A DNA stretch of 62,736 nt from positions 1 to 62,736 of the forward strand of contig JBBQRQ010000018.1 in the NCBI GenBank assembly GCA_038214755.1, in the 5' to 3' direction. The position numbers and the translations under genes were made by a program. The stretch is from Verrucomicrobiota bacterium. Lineage in GTDB: Bacteria; Verrucomicrobiota; Verrucomicrobiia; Limisphaerales; CANJXF01. This document shows positions 50,434-60,900 of this stretch, in pieces. Positions within the stretch are counted from its first letter, which is position 1, and each line of letters starts with the position of its first letter. Under the pieces are notes generated by a model. That model saw only the letters and a program-made list of their open reading frames with translations. It searched no databases and was not told the origin of the DNA.

Positions 50434-51914
50434 AGAAGTCGTCGTTTCCTGGAAATTTTTACAGGTTTTGGTGTCCCTTGAAGTTTAGCGACAGTCAAAC
50501 GCCCTCCTTGATTATCTATGAGGTCGAGGCCATTCTTCTTCAACCAATAGTTAACATTGTGACCTGCGCTATCGCGAATATCGAAGAGCGCTCCTGCTTC
50601 GATCAACAGTTGGGTCAGGTGCGGAGTCAATGAAAACGTTAGAGGCGTTCGGCCTTTCCGGTCACGGCGGTTTACATCCGCTCCATGATCCAGTAAGCAT
50701 TTTACAACCTCAATCACCCGATTATTCTCCGAAACATTATTGATCGGCTGAGTTGCAATTAGGTTCGCGCCACTCGGAAATTTTCGATGAATAAACGTGG
50801 CTGCTGGATTGCTTTGCACGGCGTAGAAGAGGGCCGTCCAACCGTTGTCATCCGCACGTTCAACTTCTGCGCCTTTGGAAATCAGAAACTGAACCAGTTC
50901 TGCGGAACCACATGCACTGACGGCGTCCATCAGCGCCGTTTCTCCCGACATATTTGCCGAGTTAGAATCGGCTCCCGAATCGAGAAATTTTTTAACTAAT
51001 TCGAGATACCCCAGCATACAGGCAGTCTGAAACGGATCGACGCAGTTTTGGTTCAAGGCCTTTGGAATTGCACCGGCTTTGAAAAGTATTTCGGCAATAT
51101 CCGGACGTTCTTTGCGCAAGGCAGCCTCCAAAGGCGAAACACCTTCGATTTCTACATTCACTTCGGCGCCTGCTCCCAATAACTTCTGCACAAATTCCAA
51201 TGACCCAACTTCGATGGCCCGATCCAAGGGACTCCACTTAAATTGATTTCGAGCATTCACATTCATTCCAAACGTCAGATACAAATCAAAGCTGCAAGAA
51301 TCCAGATTCTTAATGGCATCCAGAAGCTTTTCCAAATCGGATTTCGGGCGTGGTTTAGTTTTAGAAAGCGGGGCCAGCAGTGCGGCAGACTCCTGTTGTT
51401 TGTATTCGAGTGCGTTGTCATAAGCCGTTCGATTGATTTCATCAACTGCCAATGGATCAGCGCCTGCCGCTAATAACATGTTAATGATTTCCAACCGACC
51501 CTCTCTGGCGGCGCGAATTAACGGCGTCGCTTTTGCAATATCTCTTTGGTCAACATTGGCTCCTGCACCCAAAAGCAGCTTAATCCCTTCGGGCAGACCG
51601 TTTGCTGCCGAGTAGATCAATGGAGGGTTCAACGCATTTCCCTTACTTGGAGATGCCCCGGCTTCAAGGAGGATCTTAACTCCTTTGAAATCCTTATTTT
51701 TCAAAGCTACGTTAAGGGGGGTATCCCCCCAATAATTGACGTCGTTTACCTCAACCCGAGCTGCGATCAACAGCTTCAGAATAGTATGCGATTTAACACG
51801 GACCGCCTTGAAACAACAGGCTGGATCCGGCAAGACACCATCTTTTATCAGCCGACTTACTTTTGATGCATTTTGTGTTTCAATAGCAGAATACAATTCG
51901 GAAATTGCGCTCAT
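50430..51914 (-). CDS. ankyrin-repeat protein, putative immunity for the main Rhs toxin
   Basis: Many ankyrin repeats (GDTPL, ATPLI, WSPLD, GETALM, GWTALF, GRTPL); RBS AAGGTGAGG. Confidence 0.88.
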   Translation of the reverse strand: MSAISELYSAIETQNASKVSRLIKDGVLPDPACCFKAVRVKSHTILKLLIAARVEVNDVNYWGDTPLNVALKNKDFKGVKILLEAGASPSKGNALNPPLIYSAANGLPEGIKLLLGAGANVDQRDIAKATPLIRAAREGRLEIINMLLAAGADPLAVDEINRTAYDNALEYKQQESAALLAPLSKTKPRPKSDLEKLLDAIKNLDSCSFDLYLTFGMNVNARNQFKWSPLDRAIEVGSLEFVQKLLGAGAEVNVEIEGVSPLEAALRKERPDIAEILFKAGAIPKALNQNCVDPFQTACMLGYLELVKKFLDSGADSNSANMSGETALMDAVSACGSAELVQFLISKGAEVERADDNGWTALFYAVQSNPAATFIHRKFPSGANLIATQPINNVSENNRVIEVVKCLLDHGADVNRRDRKGRTPLTFSLTPHLTQLLIEAGALFDIRDSAGHNVNYWLKKNGLDLIDNQGGRLTVAKLQGTPKPVKISRKRRLL

Positions 51915-51929
51915 ATGTTTCCCTCACCT

Positions 51930-54900
51930 TCAATCAACAATCACCAACACTATCGGAATCGCTCCCATCCTTAACCCTTCTTTAAGAATTGTGGCTTTAA
52001 TAACTGCCTTCGTTGGGGCATTTCTCCCTTTGGTTGCACAAATCATCAATGCAATCTTTGGATGGGTATGTTTTGCTGCATAGTTGATCATTGCGTTAAA
52101 CTGACGCGGATTCGTCTGGGGTTTCGCATACTCTCTGTAAAGACCTGCCAGAGTAGATTTTATTTCGCCAACTACCCACGTTTTTCCTGACATAGGAGCA
52201 TTTCCTCCGAGAATAAAATCGGGACGTGGGACGCGAAGTCGGACATACTTCATTAGCTGTTTGACATCAATTCCTTCTTTGCAGTTAAACCCATTGTCTT
52301 GCGGTTCCCCAGCGGGACTCACCGGAACTTCTAAAAATAATTTGTCCGGTGCGTGTAGTTCATCACAGATAAACTTGGATATCGTTTTCGAGAATTCCAA
52401 TCCCTTTTTCCAATCTGAGGGAAAGTCAGGTAACGGAAAAAGGTTCTTCACTTCCTTGAGCACTTCATCTTTAACTAAATTGCCAATTGTTTGAAGCGCC
52501 TTCTGTCTTCCCTTTGCTACGGCCACGCCTCTGAGTGCTTGAAGACCACTATTGATCAGCGATGTAATGCTGACCTCGATTAAAGTGAACTGTCCACTCG
52601 GATCGCGGTAAATCAATGGATTGGAATTCGCAAAATTATACGTATGTAATGATTCCGGAATTTGAAAGTTTCCTGGGTCAGCATCCCTACTCGTAAACCT
52701 GCCGAGTCTTGCGTCATATTCCCGCGCCCGCATGTTGTAGAGGCTACTGCCTTCTTCCAGCCATGCGCCATGGAAACGGAAATCTCCACCTGTCCCACTC
52801 GGCGCATTGGTCGTGCCGCTCTGACTCCGCACATTTCCAAATCCATCGTATCTGAAACTCGCAACCGTTGCCGTTCCAGCGCCGTTAGCCAACGCCGCCA
52901 CACTTCCCATCGCATCTTCCAGATAATAAACGCGATTGCCAGCAGCATCGAAGCGCAGGATCGGTTCATCACCCACATACACATACCCTTGTTGCACCGT
53001 TCCGCTCGCGTTCGCTATCAAATGCACACTTTCCAAATTACTGCCCGGAGTCGGCGCGACCAGCAGCCTTCTCACTGTCCCAGCCGAGTTCGTCGAGATT
53101 GTCCGTCGCCCATTCGCATCATGCTGATATTTCACCCAAGCACTTCCGTTCGTCACTGCAATCACCTGATCCGCCGTGTTGTAACCCAGGTTCAACGTCG
53201 CGCTGTCGCGAGTGATAGTTGTGACTCGACCACCATCGTCATAACCGTAACTTTCAGTCTGAACTCCACTCGACGCATTGGTCACTGCCGTGATCCGATA
53301 GCCGCCGGAAACACGGTTCGTCAACGTCACTCCGCCTTTGACCAGATTCGTCCGGTTCCCCGCCGCGTCATACCCGTAGATAATCTCCTCTGTCACCGAG
53401 CCGCCGCTCGTTTTGTAAACCTCATTGGTCAAGCGCCATGCCTCGTCATACTTCAATTCCACATACGTCCCATCCTCTCGCGTGATCTTGTTTGGTTCAC
53501 CGCCCGTGTTGCGCACGTAACCAAATGAAGCCAACGTTGTCCCGCCTGACGTTTTATGGGAGATGTTGGTCATACGATCCCGCCAGTCATACTTCCACTC
53601 CGTCACGACGCCATTGGGCAGCACTCGTTTGGTTCGTCTGCCCACCCGATCATATTCAAAGCCAGTGTTCCCGCTGAAGGGATCAATCACGTTAGTCACG
53701 CTCCCCGACAAGTCATATTGATAGCGCGTCACATACGCCGTGCCACCCGCCGATGCTTTGTTGGTCATACTGGTGATTCGATCCAGCACGTCCAGCCCAT
53801 ACCGCACCGTCGCGCCGGATGGATAATTGATCCCGACAAACCGTCCCGCCACATCAGATAGATTCGTCGTCGTTCCCGTGTTGTCGCTCATCTGGGTCAC
53901 TGCATCGTTGCCATTGAAACTAAACGTCGCTGTCTCCCCAATCGTGGAACTACGATTGGTCAACCGTCCAGCCTCATCAAAAAAGTTGGTCAGATACACC
54001 CCGCTCGGCAGCCGCGCCCCGTTCAATCGATTCTCTGCGTTGTAATAATTCGTCAGATAATTCCCATCCCCAAACCGAATCGTCTTCACGTTATCCAGAT
54101 CGTCGTAAGAATACGTGAGCTTCTCACTGGTAGGACTCAGCACATTGGTTAACGCGCCGGTGTCCAGGTCATATTGATTCGTCCAAAGATTGCCACCCAA
54201 ATCCGTCGCCGTCAAAAGCTGGCCGAGATCGGTGTAGGCATAACTGCGAACACGCCCTCCTTCATCCGTCACTGTCGCCGGATATTCCTCCGCTTCCTGT
54301 TCCGGCGTCGTCAGGCCAGCCAGATACGTCGTGCTATTCGTCGCCGCATTCGCCCCCGTCGCTCCCGCGCTCGCCCGACGAATCGTTTGCAGCGGCAAGC
54401 CGTGTGCAGACGTGACACTTTCTGTGACGCGAGCCAATACATCTGTCACCGAGCCTGAATTGCCGCACGCTGAACAGGCTCCCGCCGCGTCGGAGTAAAG
54501 CCAGAAATTCGTGCCCGTGGCATTCGTCATCGCCTTGAGACTGCCGCTCGGCCAGTAACCAAACCAAGTCACTTGTCCCAGCGCATTCGTCTGTGAAGTT
54601 TTTCTTCCCGCCGCATCGTAACTGTAAGCAGCATATCCGCCCGTGGCCAGATTCGTCGAGGACGTCAACCAGCCGACCGCATTGTAAACACGCCGCGTCA
54701 CGACGCCAATGGAGTTGGTTTCATACTCCAACCGTCCGTTCACGTCATAGGCAAAGCCCGGCGTCGAGCCGTTCGCGGTCACCCATCCACCCAATCTACC
54801 TTGAGTATCGAATTGCCGTTCCATGTGTCCAATCGTGGGGCCGTCCACACTGCTCCAATCCGAAAACGTCTCGTAATTGTTGGTCAAGGTAATGCCATGC

Positions 54901-57900
54901 CCATAATCCGCCGTTCGCTCCCGATTTTGCGCATCATAACTCGTGACACTCGTTCCGCTGCCATCCCCGAGCGTGGTCAGATTACCATTGTCATCGTAAC
55001 TATTCGTTGTGACTTTGCTCAGTGAATTAGTGAACAACTTCAAATTTCCGATGGCATCGAAACCATAACGATTCGTTCCAAATTTATCGCCGTCCGAATC
55101 CACCAAACCAAGCGAATTGAACGTGGTGGAAGAAATCAAATTCCCCGCTTCATCTCTCGTTTCCGTAAGATTGCCGTTTGCGTCATAGACGTTGGTAATT
55201 ACGCCCCCCGTCGGCAGAACCACACTGGTTTGATTATCAAACGCATCCCAGGTAAACCGAGTCGTGTAAGTCGCGGGATCAGCCCCCACCGGATACGGAA
55301 CCGTCACCGAAAGCACATTGCCCCGCGCATCGTTGGTGAAGTAGGTCGTGTTCGTCAGCGCATCCGTGGAGGCGAGCAGATAGCCATTGGTATCATATTG
55401 AAACGAAGTCGGATGTCCCAACGCATCGACAATATTCGTGACGTTGCCCTGCGAATCATATTTGTAGATCGTTGGCTGGCCACTGCGGTCATAATGCACC
55501 TCCCGGCGACCCGCAATGTCGTGTTCAAAACTGTTGGTGCGACCTGCAGCATCAATGATCCCAGTCAGCCGTCCGCTGTCATCATACAAATTGCGAGCAA
55601 TGGGAATCCCGCGCGCATCTTCAATTGACGTGATGTAATGCGGAAAGCTCGGATGGTCGTAATGATATTTATTAGTGAGATAGGAACCGGTAGCTCGATC
55701 CACCAGTTTAAAAACCTGAATGAGGTTGCCTGATGTGTTGTTATAGACATATCGAACGATGGGTAGGCCGGAACTCCCCGAGTTTGGATCGCGGACAGCA
55801 ATAATTCGGTTCTCTCCGTCGCGCTCAAAAAGCGTTGCTCGTGTGACGGCACCGGTCGGGTTGTAATGAGTAATATCATTGGGATTAATCGCGATGGCGT
55901 TGCCACTTCGTTGTAGAATTCGCGTGAGTCTTGGCTTGTTAGCATGGGGTTTAATATAGTAGGCCTTAAACGGAACGCCAAAGTAGTTCTCTTTATCCAA
56001 CAAGGTGTAAGTAAAAGAATTCTCTCCCGGAAGGTCGCGACTGATTTCATATTGCGTTCCATCGGAAGTGGTCAAAACCCATTGGGAAAAATCATATCCA
56101 TCCATCGGCACATAGTTTCCCGCTTTCCATACCGGTGGATTAAATAGAGCGAAAAGCGTGTTATCACCCGCACCATCTTTGGTGGCAGGATTAGTGGTAG
56201 TTAGAGTCGCAAGGACGCCTGGTGGCGGAATCCACTTGGCATCGTAACAACTCGGACAATCTAAAGCAGCAGAATTAGTCAGCGTGAATTGGAAGGTCGC
56301 CCGTTCCCCATTGGGCAGGGTTAACGTGACATTGCGACCACCACCTGTGCGCAGACTGAACGTCAACTCATCATCGGGACCATCCAGACTCGAGAGCGCT
56401 TCTACGTTGGTTCTCTCTTCGTCCAGCACCACATCCATATCATTGAGAGCATAAGTCCAATTGAAACCAAAATCGCCCTGCTTCGTATTCAAAGAATTGT
56501 AAGTGCGAATCACGGTCAGGGGAATGCCATTGACCGGAATAACCAGATCCTGTTCGCTGAAACTGAATTGCCCGATCTTAAGTTGAGTATCGAGTGAGAA
56601 CCGCACCATAGCAGTGGCTTCTGCGCCACCCCCTTGGACGGTTAGAACCAAATCGTAAATTCCGTTCGGGATGGCAGAGAGGTCAAGATCTCCCAGCGCC
56701 CCATTTGTGTCTCCGCCGGAGTGGAAACCTTGAGCATCAAGAGGCAGCATCGTCAGGTTGGCGAGAACATTTTCGAGATCGTCAGGATAATGAAGGGAGA
56801 CTCGGTAGGAGACGGGATCATCATCGTAGGCTCGCCCCACTAAAGCGAAATGACCTTCTCTAATGACGGGATTGTTAGTCACCAAAACGTCGGTTCCTCC
56901 GACCATAAATACTGTGCCGACTAAATTGCTAATGACCGCCTCCGGCAAATGAGTTCCACTGGAACTATTCGTGATGACCACCAGCAACGTGCTCGACCGG
57001 TTGGAAAGGCCGTGGTTATCAGTAGCGACCGCAACGATACTATAATAGCTAGCCACATTTGTGCTCCAAGTGAAACTAAAGGCGGGATTAGTAGATTGAT
57101 TCACTTTGTTACCGTTGACGAAGAGATCGATGTTCGTGACGGTTCCATCGTAGTCCTTCGAAGTTCCACTTATGGCAATGGTAGATGAAACGTTGGTCGT
57201 GAATCGATTGACAGGGGAGCCGATTTGCACTGTCGGTTTGGAACGGATTATGACTGTTACCCAGGCATCGACCGCAGCCCCAGTTGAATTAGTCGCCGTA
57301 TAGATAAAGTTATCCGTCCCGTAAGTGTTCGGGAACGGGGTATATGTCAAGTAGGTTCGGTCTTGGCTGACGGCCACTTCGCCTAGCCCGGCCCCTCGCT
57401 GGGCAATTTTTTCGATACGCAGGCCTGCGGTGAGATCATTAGTGAGGACGAAGAATTCCACGGCAGGACTATTGACCGTGAGAATATAGGTGTCATCCTT
57501 GACATTGACGATATTGTTACTGTCGATAACTCTGATAATTACCGGGGAAGAGACTCCTTGAACATTGTTGTCATCAGTCGCGGTCGCGGTAAGGAAGTGG
57601 ACCCCAAAGCCTATGCCACTTATCCAACTGCCAGTCCGATTGGTCGAATTCGTCGGGGTTCCCGATGCCACGTAAGCTCCATCAGCAAAAAACATCACAG
57701 AGGTTATGGCGGAGTTGGTATCTCCTCGGATTGCCTGCGCGTCAATCGTGATACTGGTCGGATTGGTGAACGTTGTATAACTGGATGGATTGGTGATGGT
57801 GATAGTCGGTACGGTCGGAGGATACGGTTTTCCTACACTCCACCGGCCAATGTTATTGCTCACTTTCTGGGATGCTCCGGCGTTAGTAAAACATCCTCCG

Positions 57901-60900
57901 ACAAACAAATCATAGGCATTGGTGACCGGCCCCTGCAAAATTGCCGATGAAAAAACATGGTCATAGGTACCAAAGCCCGAAACACCTTCATCCAAGCTAC
58001 TCCATGTCCATGTTTGGCTAGCTTCACTCCACGTAGCACGGGCGACATAAAGTGCCGACACCATGTTTGTGCCGTTCCAAACTTCAGTAAACTCGCCGCC
58101 CACGAAGACCTGATTCTCTCTGAGGACAATGGTGAACACGCTCGGCGCGGCTTGACTCTCAGAATCATCAATGCCCCCACTTACCCCAATACCCAATGTG
58201 CTCCAGCGATTCTGTTCCCACTTAGCAATACAATTAGCGTTGGTATCACCCCCCGCTTCATTAAAATCCCCACCCACAAACAGGTTGTCCCCGCACGCGA
58301 CCAAGGCGCGCACCCTTCCTGAGACACCGCTTCCCAGATTTGTCCATGTGGTACCATTTAATCGCGCAATGTAGTTTGCATCGGAGTTGCCGCCAGCATT
58401 CGAGAAATCACCTCCAATATAAACCGTGTTGCTGATTGACGTGATTGCGCGAACAGGACCACTTAATGGGCTTCCAACAGGAACCCAGTTTGTGCCACTC
58501 AATTTGGCAAGGTACTGGACATTCGTGTCGTTTCCGGCGGAGGTAAATTCACCTCCAATGTACACCTCCGATCCAACCAACGCGATGGCGAAGACAGCCG
58601 GAGTGCCGCTGTAACCAAGTTCATTTCCAATCGCTACCCAATTTGTTCCATTCCACCTAGCAATATGGGAAACCCGATTACTGCCGGAATTTGTAAAACT
58701 GCCTCCGGCGAAGATATTAGTGCCTTCGACGGTAATTGCATACACTACGCCGTGGAAGCCAGCCGCCATCGCGGACCAATTCGTACCATCCCACCGCGCA
58801 ATGGATTCAGCCGAGACTGATCCAAAGTGCGTAAGGCTACGACCGCCCGCAAACAGAGATCCATTAGGTCCAGGAGTGAGTGCCCAAATCGTGGGAAATA
58901 TACCAGGTCCAGGATTGGCGAAGACCGGATCCCAGAACCCCCCGCCGTCTGTGGGCAACTGCTCATTAATGGTGATGTTGACCGGGTCTGAAAGAGTTTT
59001 TGCATTTCCGTTATCGGTCGCCTTTGCAGTCAAAACATAAGTGCCCGGCTCCCAACACCACTTGGTAATACTGTATGGATCGCTTGGATCATGGCCGAGT
59101 AATTTTCCGTCGATATAGAAGGAGACATTGGTAACGGAACCTGGAGAGGTGTCCGTTGCGGTAGCCCTTATCGTAATATCCGAGCCTGCATGAAAGAAGG
59201 AGTTGTTTGTCGGATAGGTAATCTGAATCGTCGGACTGGGATTAGTCGAGGTAACGGTAAAATAACTGATTGGAGAATTGCCCGTTGCCCCACGATTATC
59301 GGTGGCAACCGCGGTGATCGGATAAACCTGATGGGTTCGATCATTCCAGGTAAAAGTGTAGTATCCGCCCACCGGGCTCGTGACAGTTTGGATCAAGTTT
59401 GTGCCATGATAAAAGTCAACCTTGCTGATTGTGCCATCGCTGTCCGAAGCTGTCGCCGACAGAGTCACGTTAGCAACTTCCGTAAAGACAGCATTGTTCG
59501 TGGGACTAACGATGCTCACGGTAGGCGGCGCGTTCACTGTGATACTGACGCTGGCGGAAGTAGCGCTAGCACCGAGAGTGTTGGTCGCTTTCGCAGACAA
59601 ATTATAAATTCCACTTGTGACATTCGTCCACAATAGAGAATAGCTGTTACTCGCTCCGGCAGTTCCATTGCCCAAAAGCGTCGCCCCGTTATAGAATCCA
59701 ACCCCCGTTATGGTTCCGCTAGCAGTTGTGGCCGTCGCGGTTAAAAGAATATTCGTCGGCGAGAGAACAAATAATTGGTTGTTGGTCGGCGAAACCATAG
59801 AAACGCTCGGTCCCGCGCCGGATAGTGTAACCGTCACTTGAAACGTGCCCGTCACGGGATCATCCCCGCCGACAATGGCGTTCCCGGCAAACCCGGCGAC
59901 AGTCCTGGCAATAAATGGCGGACCGATCCCGCCACCGCCACCGCCACCGCCGCCGTCTGACCAAGCAGCTTGCACACCCCACCTACCTGGGGTATTACTG
60001 CGCCCGGTGAGATGGATTAGGGCCGTGCCCTCCACACTCAAAAGATTAGTGGAACGGCCAGTTAGAATTATCCCCGCAGCATCGACGCTGCAAATTTTAT
60101 TAGCATTGGTAAATATCAAAAAGGTATCTACCCAGGGAATCGGCGGATCAAATTGGAGAGGGATGTAAGAAACTATATTACTCGAACTAAAGCCCGCAAA
60201 GTCCCCAGAATTTGTCGAGCTCGCTTGACCGGAACCAATAAAATCGAGATTTGTGACCAGGCTCAGGCCGGAATTTGAATTACACGTGATGACGCCGTTA
60301 AAATTGAAGCTGCCATTGATCAAATTCGTATCCCTGATGTTATGCACGGTGACGCTTATCGTCACGACGCCGGTTCCAGTCGTGGCGGGCGTGAAATAAA
60401 GCGTGCCGTTGGTGTTAGGATTTGTGTAGCTGACCGAGAGCGTGGGAATCAGGTTAGTATCGCTCGCGCTTGCGGTTAGGTTGAGAACCCCTAGTTCCGC
60501 ACAGCCGGGGGCAATTCCCGTAAGCGCAATAGAATGAGATCCCGACCCGGCCGCAACACTCAGATTCGAGATTGAATCCAACAAGGGCGAGCAGACGATT
60601 AAGGAGGCGTCGGAACTGATAATTGAACCCGACGAATTTGAAACAATAACCGAATAATTACCAGCGTTAGTTGCGTGAAGATCACAAAGGATGAGGGTAG
60701 GACCGGTTTGCCCAGAAAGATTTGTTCCATTGAAACGCCATTGATAGGTGATAGGCGAAATACCTCCAGCGGTTACCTTGAAGGCCGCGCATCGGCCCTT
60801 GGCTACAACCTGATTGGTCGGGTGCGAGAGGATGGAAAGCTTCCAAAGAGTTTCCCCAGAATCCAGAATGCCATTGCCGTTATGGTCTTCTTGATAATCG

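Noticed and set aside
59930..59955. CCG/CCA repeat as a contingency locus
   Set aside because: It is an in-frame mixed-codon poly-Gly linker.
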